A stretch of DNA of 64,000 nucleotides from contig JAIVJS010000021.1 in the NCBI GenBank assembly GCA_020199905.1, forward strand, positions 14,649 through 78,648, in the 5' to 3' direction. The stretch is from Acidobacteriota bacterium (lineage in GTDB: Bacteria > Acidobacteriota > Thermoanaerobaculia > UBA5066 > Gp7-AA6). The translations under genes were made by a program, and so were the position numbers. Numbering within the stretch: position 1 is the stretch's first letter; the number at the start of each line of letters is the position of its first letter. The notes beneath the pieces were generated by a model that did no database searches, was not told the origin of the DNA, and saw only the letters and a program-made list of their open reading frames with translations. Shown piece by piece: positions 1-9,833 of this stretch.

Positions 1-205
1 GCTCCCGCAGGTTGCAGAGCGAGATCTTTTCTCCCTCGTAGACGGCGGCCACCGCGTCCTTGCGCGGGAAGGTGTAGTCGCCGCACACGACGCAGATGAC
101 CGGGTCGGCCGGAGGAGACGGCGCCGCCGCCGGACTCGCCGACAGGAAGCCGGCGACGGCAATCAACGGCGCGACCATGGAGGCCGCCCTTCGGGAGAGC
201 GACAC
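1..205 (-). CDS. Secreted YHS/TRASH-like metal-binding protein, truncated by the window edge
   Basis: Manual translation from GTG 205: MSLSRRAASMVAPLIAVAGFLSASPAAAPSPADPVICVVCGDYTFPRKDAVAAVYEGEKISLCNLRE. Signal-like N-terminus, then DPVICVVCG...YEGEKISLC, resembling the YHS pattern. Not in the ORF track. Confidence 0.4.
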   Translation of the reverse strand, partial: MSLSRRAASMVAPLIAVAGFLSASPAAAPSPPADPVICVVCGDYTFPRKDAVAAVYEGEKISLCNLRE

Positions 206-210
206 GAGGA

Positions 211-534
211 TCAGCTCTCCGCGGGCTCCGACGGCCGGATCGCGGGGGCCGAGGCCCTTTCGCGGCGGCGGCGGGCGGACGCAACTCGCACGAGACCAAA
301 GGCGAGGAGTCCCAGGCCTCCCTCCGTGACGACGGCACCGTAGAGCTGCGAGCCGTAGAGCGGGAGGAGGACCGGGGGAACCCTGACAGCCGCGTACTTG
401 GTGGGTGCGCAACTCGGGCCGCACTTCCACGAGTCGCAGTCCCTGGGTTTGGGCTTGGAGGCCAGAGCCACCGAGAGCGCGGCTCCGAGAAACAGTCCGG
501 TGAACGCGAGAGCCTTCTTTGCCGGTCCGTGCAT
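211..534 (-). CDS. Hypothetical membrane protein with a short Cys-rich loop
   Basis: Two hydrophobic segments flank CDSWKCGPSC; sits directly upstream of the 205 ORF. Confidence 0.4.
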   Translation of the reverse strand: MHGPAKKALAFTGLFLGAALSVALASKPKPRDCDSWKCGPSCAPTKYAAVRVPPVLLPLYGSQLYGAVVTEGGLGLLAFGLVRVASARRRRERASAPAIRPSEPAES

Positions 535-584
535 GGCGACCTCCAGACATACAGTCTATCGCGGTTCATGCTAAAGATCGCACC

Positions 585-1100
585 GTGAAAAGGCCTTCGT
601 GGGGGGTCGCGGCCGCCGGGATCGTCCTGCTGGGCGCCGTGGGTTTCGCCGCCACTCGGGGCCCCGCCCGCCTGCCCAGATTCTTTCTGGGCTTCGCCTA
701 TCGAGGGCCCCTGGTCGACGTGAATCGGTGGCAGACCTGGGTGGAGCGCAATCCCGACGTGTTCGGCCCGCTCGGGGAGACCGCCTCTTTTGCCGTCGTC
801 GAGAGTCCCGCGGACTCGACGGGGCTGATCCTGACCCGGACGCCCCGCGGCCTTGCGGTCCGCAAATCGCACTTTCTGCTCTTCCAGCGGATTCCGGTCG
901 CTCTCGCGATGAAGCCCGCCGCCGCGGAGGAGCTTCTCCGCCTGGATCAGAGCGACGTCAATCGGTTCTGGGACGGGATCAAATTTCTCGTCCAGTCCCG
1001 ATCCGTCGTCGTCTACGTCTTCGCGCCGCGGCGGGAGCTCGACCGAGTCGGATTGACCGGATTCCTTCAGGTCATCGACGCGATTCCCCCGAAGGGATAG
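585..1100 (+). CDS. Hypothetical exported or membrane-anchored protein
   Basis: ORF 519..1100; probable GTG start at 585 followed by a hydrophobic leader (GVAAAGIVLLGAVGFA). Confidence 0.5.
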   Translation: MKRPSWGVAAAGIVLLGAVGFAATRGPARLPRFFLGFAYRGPLVDVNRWQTWVERNPDVFGPLGETASFAVVESPADSTGLILTRTPRGLAVRKSHFLLFQRIPVALAMKPAAAEELLRLDQSDVNRFWDGIKFLVQSRSVVVYVFAPRRELDRVGLTGFLQVIDAIPPKG

Positions 1101-1112
1101 CCCCGGCGATCC

Positions 1113-1457
1113 TCAGCGGGACCGGTCGGGCGACAGGAAAAGCTGCCGGAGCGATTCGCGGAGCGTGTTGCCCTTCTCCGTCAGGCGATAGGCCGAACGA
1201 AACGATTCCATGGCCTCGGTCTCGCGGCGGATGAGCCCGACACGCTCGAGGTCGTGAAGCCTCTCCGCGAGGGTGGAGGAAGACAGCCCTCCGAGCCGCT
1301 CCTGGATTTCGTTGAAGTGGGTCTCCTCGCCGTCGGCGATCACGTTCAACACCTGCAGGGCATGCCGTCGTCCGACCGCCTGGACGAGGGGCTCGAGGAC
1401 GCAGTAGCAGGACCCGATCTCCTTGTCCTCGACCGAGCAGCCGCAGTCTTCGGTCAC
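1113..1457 (-). CDS. HxlR-family winged-helix transcriptional regulator
   Basis: HFNEIQERLGGLSSSTLAERLHDLERVGLIRRE...YRLTEKG; Cys-rich N-terminus. Confidence 0.8.
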   Translation of the reverse strand: MTEDCGCSVEDKEIGSCYCVLEPLVQAVGRRHALQVLNVIADGEETHFNEIQERLGGLSSSTLAERLHDLERVGLIRRETEAMESFRSAYRLTEKGNTLRESLRQLFLSPDRSR

Positions 1458-1510
1458 CTCGCCTCCCCGAGCGATTGTAGCCAGACGAGGATCCGGTGCG
1501 AGGCCGCGGG

Positions 1511-1837
1511 TTAGTCTCGCGTGATGGTGACTCCGAGAATCACCCCAACCACGACTCCCACCCCGAATGCCGTCAGGGCCCCCCGCATCGGCTGGGTCGT
1601 GACAAATTCATCGACGCTGGACGTGATGCCGGACCAGGCTTCCTCGGCCTTTTGACCGAGCTCACGTCCTCTGTCCCCGGCGGCATTCAGAAGCTCAGCG
1701 GCTCCTTTTTCGACTTTCGCCGCCTCCCCGTCGGGACCGAGTACAGAGCTGGCAGGGGCTCCTGAGCCGAATTGCGCCTCTCCCGGCATTTTTTGACCGA
1801 GTGAGTAGGTTTCGGGTGGCTTGCTGGTCGTGTCCAT
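1511..1837 (-). CDS. DUF883/ElaB/YqjD-like tail-anchored protein
   Basis: Helical N-terminus and C-terminal QPMRGALTAFGVGVVVGVILG anchor. Confidence 0.65.
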   Translation of the reverse strand: MDTTSKPPETYSLGQKMPGEAQFGSGAPASSVLGPDGEAAKVEKGAAELLNAAGDRGRELGQKAEEAWSGITSSVDEFVTTQPMRGALTAFGVGVVVGVILGVTITRD

Positions 1838-1966
1838 GCATGTCCTTTCGTTCGAAACGTCACACGCCGGGGCGTTCCCCCGGAGTTCTTTCCAGGGGCA
1901 GCAATGACCATGCCGGGCAGGAAGTGCACGCCAGCCGACTTTCTCCAGGGCGCGCTAGTCTGAGGA

Positions 1967-2833
1967 ATGCCCTCGAGCTCTCTGGCCATCAGCGCCGCGG
2001 TCGCGGGACTCGCTTTCCTGGCGCTGGCCGCCGCGGAAACCGCCCGGCCCCTGCGCCGCCGCGTCGAGTCGCGGCTCCGGCGGACGGCGCGCAACGTCAC
2101 GATGGGCGGCCTCTCGCTCGCGCTGATCACGCTCCTGCAGGCGCCGATCATCGCGCCGGTCGCCGCATGGACATCGCGGCGCGGGTGGGGTGTGCTGCGG
2201 CTGGCCGAGCTTCCGCCCGCTGCAGCGCTCCTCCTCGGAATTCTCCTGATGGACTACACCCTCTGGCACTGGCACCGGATCAACCACCGCGTCCCGTTCT
2301 TCTGGAGATTTCACCTCGTCCATCACGTCGACCGCGACATGGACGCCTCGACGGCTCTCCGCTTCCATTTCGGGGAAATCGCGTTCTCCGTCGGGTGGCG
2401 GGTCCTGCAGATCGCGGCGATCGGGCCGAGCCCGCTGGCGATCTGGATCTACCAGCTGCTCCTGTTCGTCTCGATCCTCTTTCACCACTCGAATACCCGC
2501 CTTCCGTTATCGCTGGAGCGCGTTCTCGTCCGATGGGTCGTGACGCCGCGCATGCACGGGATCCACCATTCGGACTGGCGAAACGAAACCGACAGCAACT
2601 GGTCGAGCCTGCTGTCCGTGTGGGACTACCTCCATGGAACCGCCGTGCTTTCGGTTCCGCAGTCGGAGATCGAGATCGGTGTTCCGGCGTACCTGCGGGC
2701 GGAAGACGTCACGTTGCCGAAGATCCTTCTGAACCCTTTCGGCGGGCAGAGAGACGACTGGCGTGCAGTCGATCGGAAACCCCGAATCGAGCGTCCCGCT
2801 GCTGCCCACGACGCTCGCGAGCTGGCCCCCTGA
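1967..2833 (+). CDS. Sterol desaturase / fatty acid hydroxylase family protein
   Basis: His boxes HRINH, FHLVHH, FHHSN, MHGIHH. Confidence 0.9.
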   Translation: MPSSSLAISAAVAGLAFLALAAAETARPLRRRVESRLRRTARNVTMGGLSLALITLLQAPIIAPVAAWTSRRGWGVLRLAELPPAAALLLGILLMDYTLWHWHRINHRVPFFWRFHLVHHVDRDMDASTALRFHFGEIAFSVGWRVLQIAAIGPSPLAIWIYQLLLFVSILFHHSNTRLPLSLERVLVRWVVTPRMHGIHHSDWRNETDSNWSSLLSVWDYLHGTAVLSVPQSEIEIGVPAYLRAEDVTLPKILLNPFGGQRDDWRAVDRKPRIERPAAAHDARELAP

Positions 2834-2945
2834 TCCAGCGACCGGTGAGCCTGCCGCGGGGCGGTCGCCTGCCGGTCGAGCCCCCGAGACGCGCGCTCGT
2901 CCGGACGGATAGCCCTAGAATAAACGCGCCAATCCGAGGAGGGCG

Positions 2946-3503
2946 ATGACGAGGCGACGGGATCCGGAAAGCGGGATTACCCGCGTGGAGAAGCCCGCTG
3001 GTGCTCTTCGGGGGGGCATCGCCGTGGGATTCACCGTGGCGGAAGACGTCGTTTACGTCAGCCTCGGCCTCCTCCTCGCCGTCAGCGCCGGGGCGCTCGT
3101 CGTCGGCGGAGCCGCGGCGCTCGTCCGGAGCCTCGGATCCGGAGCTTCGCCGGTTGAAATCGTCGTCGTGCTCGACCGGATCCTCCTGGTGCTGATGATC
3201 ATCGAGCTCCTCTACACCGTGAAGGTCTCGTTTCAAGAGCACGCCCTCGTGCCGGAGCCTTTTCTCGTCGTCGGCCTCATCGCCGCGACCCGGCGCATCC
3301 TGATCGTCACCGCGCAGCTCGCCGTTTCCGCGGAGAAGACGATGGACGAACTCGCTTTTCGTCACGCGATGCTCGAGCTTGCGCTCCTGACCGTGATGGT
3401 CGTGGCGCTCGTCGCGTCGTTGCTGATGCTGCGAAAGCGAACCGCGGTCGCCGTCGCTGCCGGGATCGGCCCCTCTGCCATCGAGGGTACCGCCCGCGAC
3501 TGA
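2946..3503 (+). CDS. Phosphate-starvation-inducible PsiE-family membrane protein
   Basis: LLVLMIIELLYTV...EPFLVVGLIAATRRIL pattern. Confidence 0.8.
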   Translation: MTRRRDPESGITRVEKPAGALRGGIAVGFTVAEDVVYVSLGLLLAVSAGALVVGGAAALVRSLGSGASPVEIVVVLDRILLVLMIIELLYTVKVSFQEHALVPEPFLVVGLIAATRRILIVTAQLAVSAEKTMDELAFRHAMLELALLTVMVVALVASLLMLRKRTAVAVAAGIGPSAIEGTARD

Positions 3504-3549
3504 CCGTTCTGCCGACCGGGCGTTTCGAACCCCTCGTTCCCCTGACGGT

Positions 3550-3679
3550 GATGGAAAGCCTGAACGAGCGTCAACACGCCCGACGCGAGGAAATCAGGGC
3601 CGCGCCGTACCGGATGAGCTTGTGGGGAAGGCGTTTCCCCCATCACCTGCGCGACGATGATCGCCAGACCGTCGGCCAC
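3550..3679 (-). pseudogene. C-terminal remnant of a TMEM165/GDT1 (UPF0016) cation transporter
   Basis: Correcting one extra G and one missing T gives VADGLAIIVAQVMGKRLPHKLIRYGAALIFLASGVLTL, typical of the UPF0016 C-terminus. No N-terminal part present. Confidence 0.55.
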
Positions 3680-3779
3680 TCGCGGCGACAGGCGCACAAG
3701 TCAAGTGTCCAGGCAGTCGGTTTCTGTGCCGATCGGAGCGAGGCTCGTTCTCTCGTCGGATGCCCGGGATTCAGGCCGC

Positions 3780-6700
3780 TCACCGCGCGCGCTCCATTCC
3801 GGAAGCACGCAGGGTCCCCTTCCTGCGCGCGCGTTCCTTCATCAGCAAAAAGATGACGGGCGTGACGAGGAGCACATGAAGCGTCGACGTGAGCATTCCT
3901 CCCACGATCGGGGTTGCGATCGGGCGCATCACCTCGGATCCGGTTCCCGTCGACCAGAAGATGGGCACGAGCGAGAGAATCGCGGCGGATACCGTCATCA
4001 GCTTCGGGCGAAGGCGCAACACGGATCCTTCGCGAGTGGCCTCGAGCACGTCCTCGCGAGTCAGCTCGCCCTTGCCAATGCGCTTGTCGAGCGCCTCGTG
4101 GAGGTAGATGACCATCAGGACCCCGGTCTCCACGGCGACCCCGTAGAGGGCGATGTACCCGATCCAGACGGCGACCGAAAAGTTGTAGCCCAGCAGCCAC
4201 TGGAGAATGACACCGCCTGTCATGGCATAGAGCACGGACAGCATGACGATGGTCGCTTCCGAAGCGGATCGGAACGTCATCGTGAGCAGGATGAAGATCA
4301 GGCCGAAAACGATCGGCAAGACAACTTGAAGGGTCTTCCGGGCATGAACCTGGAACTCGAACTGGCCGGTCCAGTCGAGCGTCACCCCCGCCGGCAGCTT
4401 CACACGCTCGCCCACGCGGCGCTGAGCGCCGTGCACGAATCCCACGAGGTCAGACGTCGTCGTGTCGACGTACACGATTCCGGAGAGGCGTCCGTTTTCG
4501 TCCTTGTACATCGGCGGCCCGGAAACGATGCGAAGCGTCGCGAGCTGTCCCATCGGAATCTGCGCGCCGGATGGCGTCATTACGAGGACGCGCTTGAGGG
4601 ACTCGAGGTCGCTTCGAGAATCCCGCGGGTAGCGAACGAGCACCGTGAAACGCCGCCGCCCCTCGACCGTCGTGGTCACCATTTTTCCGCCGGTCGCGGC
4701 TTCCAGGGTGTTCTCGATCTGCATTACGGAGAGCCCGTAGCGTGACGCCGCATCCCGGTCCACCGTGAAGTCGAGATAGGACCCGCCCGTCGTCCGCTCG
4801 GCATACACGCTGCGGGCGTCCGGCAGGTCTCTCAGAGCGTTCTCGATCTCGAGGCTGACTTTTTCGATGACGGAGTAGTCGGGGCCATACACCTTGACAC
4901 CGACCGGCGTACGGACCCCGGTCGCCAGCATGTCGAGACGGTTTCGGATCGGTTGGGTCCACGCGACCGGCATCCCGGGGACCTGAAGCTTCTCGTTCAT
5001 CGCGGTCACGAGCTCGTCCTGGGTCGCGGACCGGCTTTCCGGCCAGATCGGGCGGAAAACGGGTTTGATCCAGCCGGGCCATTTGGAATACCAGCGGGCA
5101 TGAAATCCCCTGGGCCAGTCGGACCGCGGCTTCAAAACGATCGTCGTTTCGAACATCTCCATGGGCGCCGGATCGGTGGAGCTTTCGACCTTTCCCGCTT
5201 TTCCGAGCACGGACTGAACTTCGGGAAACGTTCGGATGATCCCGTCGGTCTTGACGAGCACGTCGCGGGCCTGCTCGACCGCCATCATCGGGAGACCCGT
5301 CGGCATGTACATCACCGAGCCTTCCCGCAGCGGCGGCATGAACTCGGAGCCGAGAGACAGGGCAAGAGGCACGACCGCGGGCACGAGGAGGAAATTCAAC
5401 AGGAGCGTCGTCCTGGGGAAACGGAGGGCGCGATTCAGAACGGGGGCGTAGAGCCGCCGAAAAAACATCGCGATCGGGTTCTGCTCTTCGGCGCGGATCC
5501 GCCCCCGCATCCAGAAGACCATCAGGACGGGCACCAGGGTGACCGACAGAAGAGATGCCGCCGTGATCGCGAACGTCTTCGTGAAAGCGAGCGGATGGAA
5601 GAGGCGGCCTTCCTCGCCTGTCAGCAGGAACACCGGCAGAAAAGAGACGACGATGATGATCAGCGAGAAGAAGATCGGCCTGCCCACCTGCTGCGAGGCG
5701 GCGACGATCGCCGATTCATGTCCCTCCTTCCCGGCCTTCGGATCCACCCCGGCCAGATGACGGTGCGCGTTCTCGACCATGACGATCGACGCATCGACCA
5801 GGACCCCGATCGCCAGAGCGAGGCCTCCCAGGGACATGATGTTGGACGAGACGCCGAGCAGGTACATGGGCAGGAACGAAATCGCGATTGCGATGGGAAG
5901 GACCGTGATGGGAACCAGGGCGGATCGAAAGTGGAACAGGAAGAGAGCAATGACCAGCGCGACGACGATCATTTCCTCGACGAGCGTTTGACGCAGCGTG
6001 TCGATCGCGCGCCGGATGAGGCCCGTTCGGTCGTAGGCGATTTCGAGCTTCACGCCGGGAGGAAACGAGGAGGAGAGCTCGGCGATCTTCTTCTTCACGG
6101 CCTCGACGACTGTGAGGACGTTCTCTCCCGAGCGGACGATCACGACGCCGCCGACCGCTTCGCCTTCGCCGTTCCAGTCGATCACGCCGCGCCGCATTTC
6201 CGGGCCGAAATGGACCGAGGCGACATCGGAGAGGTACACGGGAGTGCCGGTCGACACTTTCGAGCGGATCGAAATCCGCCGGAGGTCATCGAGGTTCTGA
6301 AGATAGCCGCGACCGCGCACCATGTATTCGCGCCCCGACCATTCGACGACCCGGCCGCCGACGTCCCCGTTGCTCTCCTGGACCGCGGTCAGCACATCCT
6401 GAAGGCCGATGCGGAACGACGCCAGCCGGGCCGGATCGACCTCGATCTGGTATTGCTTCTGGAACCCGCCGACGGATGAGATCTCCGCCACGCCCGGCAC
6501 CGCGCGCAGCCAGTAGGAGAGGTCCCAGTCCTGAAAGGTCCGCAGATCGGCGAGGGAATGCCGGCCGCTCCTGTCCACGAGCACGTATTCGAAGCCCCAC
6601 CCGACCCCCGTGGCGTCCGGACCGAGGTTCGGATTGACCTCGGGAGGAAGCTGGCCCTTCAGGCCGTTCAAGTACTCCAGAACCCGGCTTCTTGCCCAGT

Positions 6701-7010
6701 AGAGGTTCGTCCGGTCCTCGAAGATCACGTAAACGTAGGAATATCCAAAGAATGAGTACCCCCGCACGGTCTTGACCCTCGGCGCGGAGATGAGGGCCGA
6801 GACGATGGGATACGTCACCTGGTCCTCGATCAGGTTGGGGCTCTGCCCACCCCAGTTCGTGTACACGATCACCTGCACGTCCGAGAGGTCGGGGAGCGCG
6901 TCCAGAGGCGTGCGGCGGAGCGCCCAGAGGCCCGCGGCGAACGCGCCTCCGACGAAGAGCAGCGTCAGGAACCTGTTCCGCACGCAGACGGCGATCAATT
7001 TTTCGATCAC
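3780..7010 (-). CDS. cusA: CusA/CzcA-family heavy-metal RND efflux permease
   Basis: 1076 aa; DALPDLSDVQVIV, LGPDATGVGW, GVLVDASIVMVEN, RLRPKLMT; Met-rich MVEM-type site. Confidence 0.95.
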   Translation of the reverse strand: MIEKLIAVCVRNRFLTLLFVGGAFAAGLWALRRTPLDALPDLSDVQVIVYTNWGGQSPNLIEDQVTYPIVSALISAPRVKTVRGYSFFGYSYVYVIFEDRTNLYWARSRVLEYLNGLKGQLPPEVNPNLGPDATGVGWGFEYVLVDRSGRHSLADLRTFQDWDLSYWLRAVPGVAEISSVGGFQKQYQIEVDPARLASFRIGLQDVLTAVQESNGDVGGRVVEWSGREYMVRGRGYLQNLDDLRRISIRSKVSTGTPVYLSDVASVHFGPEMRRGVIDWNGEGEAVGGVVIVRSGENVLTVVEAVKKKIAELSSSFPPGVKLEIAYDRTGLIRRAIDTLRQTLVEEMIVVALVIALFLFHFRSALVPITVLPIAIAISFLPMYLLGVSSNIMSLGGLALAIGVLVDASIVMVENAHRHLAGVDPKAGKEGHESAIVAASQQVGRPIFFSLIIIVVSFLPVFLLTGEEGRLFHPLAFTKTFAITAASLLSVTLVPVLMVFWMRGRIRAEEQNPIAMFFRRLYAPVLNRALRFPRTTLLLNFLLVPAVVPLALSLGSEFMPPLREGSVMYMPTGLPMMAVEQARDVLVKTDGIIRTFPEVQSVLGKAGKVESSTDPAPMEMFETTIVLKPRSDWPRGFHARWYSKWPGWIKPVFRPIWPESRSATQDELVTAMNEKLQVPGMPVAWTQPIRNRLDMLATGVRTPVGVKVYGPDYSVIEKVSLEIENALRDLPDARSVYAERTTGGSYLDFTVDRDAASRYGLSVMQIENTLEAATGGKMVTTTVEGRRRFTVLVRYPRDSRSDLESLKRVLVMTPSGAQIPMGQLATLRIVSGPPMYKDENGRLSGIVYVDTTTSDLVGFVHGAQRRVGERVKLPAGVTLDWTGQFEFQVHARKTLQVVLPIVFGLIFILLTMTFRSASEATIVMLSVLYAMTGGVILQWLLGYNFSVAVWIGYIALYGVAVETGVLMVIYLHEALDKRIGKGELTREDVLEATREGSVLRLRPKLMTVSAAILSLVPIFWSTGTGSEVMRPIATPIVGGMLTSTLHVLLVTPVIFLLMKERARRKGTLRASGMERAR

Positions 7011-8488
7011 CGGGAACCGTCCGGCTTTCTGCCGCTCGGCTGAGCGGGCTGCCCCGCGGAGCCCGCCGGCGCGGCTCCGATCCCACCAATGCGGGATTCA
7101 GAATCGATCAAAAAGTTTGCCGACGTGACGATGGTTTCGCCTTCGGCGAGTCCCGAGAGCACTTCCACGAATTCTTTTCCCGAGGCTCCGGTCTTGACGG
7201 CCCGCGGCGCGTACACGCCGGCAGATTGCTCGACGAACGCGATCTGACGATCTCCCGTGTCGATGAGCGCCGATCGGGGCACGGAGAGGACGTCGCGTTG
7301 CCCGGCCTGGAGAGAAACCCGAACGAACATCCCGGGCTTGAGCGAGCCCTTCGGGTTCGGAACGACGACCCGCACCTTGATCGTGCGAGTCTCCTCCGAC
7401 AGCGTCGGATAGACGAAGTCCACGCGGCCCCGAAACGTCTCCCCGGTCAGAAACGACGCCGTGATCTCCGCGGGGTTGCCCTTCGCGACGGACCCCATCT
7501 CCGACTGGTAGACGTCCGCGAGAACCCAGACGGATGAGAGATCGGCGATCGTGTAGAGAGCCATTCCGGGAGTGATCGCCATGCCCGCGACGGCGTCCTT
7601 CTTCAAGACGACCCCGGAAGCGGGGGAGTACAGAGTCAGGGTCTTCGAGATCTCTCCCTTCTTCTCGATCCGCTCTATCTGCGATTCGGAGATGTCCCAG
7701 AGCCGGAGACGCTGGCGCGTCGCGGCGAGAAGCGATCCCGCGTCCGAAGCGGCGCCCGCGCTCGATGAGGCCTGCAGCCGTCGCGCGTTCTCGACCGCCA
7801 GAAGCAGCTCTCTTTCCGTCGCGACGAGCTCGGGGCTGTAGACCGTCAGGAGGGCCTGGCCGCGCCGGACAGGCTGGCCGGTGCGATCGACGAGCAACTT
7901 GTCGATGTATCCCGAGAATTTCGCGCTGACGGAATTCAGCCTGCCCTCGTCTTCTGCGATGACGCCGTTGGTTTCCGTCGCTCCTGCGATCTGACGGCGC
8001 GTGACCTTCCCGGTCGTCACGCCGATCTGCTGCCGCCGTTCGAGCGGGATGCGGACGACGGAAAGGCCCGGAGGGACCGAGCCCGCAGAGACGGGCTCAC
8101 CCTCCGCGTATTTCGGAATCATGTCCATTCCGCAATCGGGCGATTTGCCAGGCCGGTCCGACCGGTACTGCGGGTGCATCGGGTCGTACCAGAAGAGGAC
8201 CTTCTTTTCGGCGGGAGCCGTGGTTGTCTGCGCCTCTTCGGCGTACTTCGGCAGTAGCTGCATGTCCATGAAGGGCGATTTGCCGGGGTGGTCGAAATGG
8301 ACGTCCGGTTTCATCGGGTCGTACCAGTACGCGACCTTCTTCCCGGAGTCCCGCTTCCGGGAGGCGTCCGGGGCGACGTTTGCGCCGGGGCCCGCGCCCG
8401 CCGGCGGCCGGTCCGTTTTGCGGCACGCCAGAGGCGCGAGCAGGACGAGAATTGCGGCTCCGCAGAGCCTGGCGGCATCACTTCTCAT
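7007..8488 (-). CDS. cusB: CusB-like RND periplasmic adaptor with two N-terminal heavy-metal-binding repeats
   Basis: ATG 8488; lipobox-like LAPLAC; YWYDPMKP..PGKSPFMDM and FWYDPMHP..PGKSPDCGMDM; LYSPEL, ANFLIDSES. Confidence 0.9.
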   Translation of the reverse strand: MRSDAARLCGAAILVLLAPLACRKTDRPPAGAGPGANVAPDASRKRDSGKKVAYWYDPMKPDVHFDHPGKSPFMDMQLLPKYAEEAQTTTAPAEKKVLFWYDPMHPQYRSDRPGKSPDCGMDMIPKYAEGEPVSAGSVPPGLSVVRIPLERRQQIGVTTGKVTRRQIAGATETNGVIAEDEGRLNSVSAKFSGYIDKLLVDRTGQPVRRGQALLTVYSPELVATERELLLAVENARRLQASSSAGAASDAGSLLAATRQRLRLWDISESQIERIEKKGEISKTLTLYSPASGVVLKKDAVAGMAITPGMALYTIADLSSVWVLADVYQSEMGSVAKGNPAEITASFLTGETFRGRVDFVYPTLSEETRTIKVRVVVPNPKGSLKPGMFVRVSLQAGQRDVLSVPRSALIDTGDRQIAFVEQSAGVYAPRAVKTGASGKEFVEVLSGLAEGETIVTSANFLIDSESRIGGIGAAPAGSAGQPAQPSGRKPDGSR

Positions 8489-9773
8489 GCGGTTCTCCTG
8501 GCGATGGGGTTCCGGCAATGAGGGGAAGGCCGGAGGCTTTCTGAAGAGCGGCGAGCGCGCGGCCAATCCCGGCGGCGCGCGTCGCGATCTCGCCTTCGTA
8601 GGTATCGAGGTCGAGAGCCGCGCGCACGTACGTCTCGAAGTCGATCTGACCGACCGCGTAGGACTCCTGCGCCGCTCGGAAGTTGATCTCCGCCTGGGGC
8701 ACGATCGTGGTGCGATAGAGCTTCTCCTGCTCGACGTTCCGCTCGAGCTCCACCGCCGCCGCTTCCACGTCGCGGCGAATCTGGTTTCGCACGGCTTCGA
8801 GATCGGCCCGAGCCGAAGAGAGCTCCGCCGCCATTTCGGCGCGTTTCGCCTCGAGGCGGCGAGGATGCGCGAAGGGAAGGTTGATGGAAACGAAGGCGCC
8901 GGCAAGATCCTCGAACTTCTCGCGGCGGCCGTAGTAGGTCGAGACCATCCAGTCGGGCCTGCGGTCGAGCCCCGCCAGCCGCAACTCCTCTTCGGACCGG
9001 CGCAGCGTCGCTCGCGCTGCGGCAACCGCGGGGCTCTTCTCCTCCGCCTCGCGTTCTACGGCGGCGGAATCGGGAATCGAGGGAACCGGATCGAGAGGCC
9101 CGATGACAGGGACTGCGGCCCTGGCGGGAAGAGCCTGCAGGGCGTTCCACCGCGCCGAAAGCACCCGTCTCTCGGCTCTCAACGAGAGGAGACGATCCTC
9201 GAGCGCGGTCGCCGCCAGGTTGGCGCGGAGCACGTCGCTCTGCCCGGCCTTGCCCACCTCATAGCGTTCCTTAGCCGACGCCGAGGTCGTCTTGAGGCGC
9301 TGGCGGGATCGTTCCAGAATCTCCAGGCGCATGTCGAGCTCCGCGATCCCGAAGAAGGCGTCGGCGACGTCGGCTGCAATCCCGACAGCGTGGACGGCAT
9401 GCATCGCGAGCGCATTCTCGGAAGCGGCCTCCGCCGAAGCGCGACGCGTCGCGAGTTTTCCGCGTCCCGGCAGGCTCTGCCGTGCGGTGATCATCTCCAT
9501 CGTGAAGTTGTCCCGCGTGAGCGACGGGCTCGAGACCGGAATGTCCTTGATCCCGACTTCCAGCTCCGGATCCGGGAAAGAGCCGGCCTGAGCGACTCGC
9601 TGTCGAGACGCCTCGATTCGTGACTCCATTGCGGAGAGCTCGGGATTCCTGGCCACGGCGAGTCGGATTGCCGATTGAAGCCTCGAGCTCCAATCCGGAT
9701 CGGCGACGGGACTCTGGCCTTTTACAAAGGGCGCGACGGCGAAAATCGCCGTCGCCAGGCGACGCAGACGCAT
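8478..9773 (-). CDS. TolC-family outer membrane factor (CusC-like)
   Basis: LAVARNPEL, FPDPEL, SINLPF; position upstream of cusBA. Confidence 0.9.
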   Translation of the reverse strand: MRLRRLATAIFAVAPFVKGQSPVADPDWSSRLQSAIRLAVARNPELSAMESRIEASRQRVAQAGSFPDPELEVGIKDIPVSSPSLTRDNFTMEMITARQSLPGRGKLATRRASAEAASENALAMHAVHAVGIAADVADAFFGIAELDMRLEILERSRQRLKTTSASAKERYEVGKAGQSDVLRANLAATALEDRLLSLRAERRVLSARWNALQALPARAAVPVIGPLDPVPSIPDSAAVEREAEEKSPAVAAARATLRRSEEELRLAGLDRRPDWMVSTYYGRREKFEDLAGAFVSINLPFAHPRRLEAKRAEMAAELSSARADLEAVRNQIRRDVEAAAVELERNVEQEKLYRTTIVPQAEINFRAAQESYAVGQIDFETYVRAALDLDTYEGEIATRAAGIGRALAALQKASGLPLIAGTPSPGEPHEK

Positions 9774-9779
9774 ACAACG

Positions 9780-9832
9780 CTCCAGTTCTCGTAATGCCGG
9801 CGAGAGCCGGCGATCTGCGAACGAGAAGGGAG
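9780..9832 (-). promoter_or_regulatory. Anti-Shine-Dalgarno stem between the leader ORF and tolC
   Basis: On the minus strand CUCC-C-UUCUCGU (9832-9821) pairs with ACGAGAA-CU-GGAG (9792-9780). GGAG is the tolC SD, 6 nt before ATG 9773. Inner GCCGGC-UCUC-GCCGGC hairpin. Confidence 0.65.
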
Positions 9833-9833
9833 A

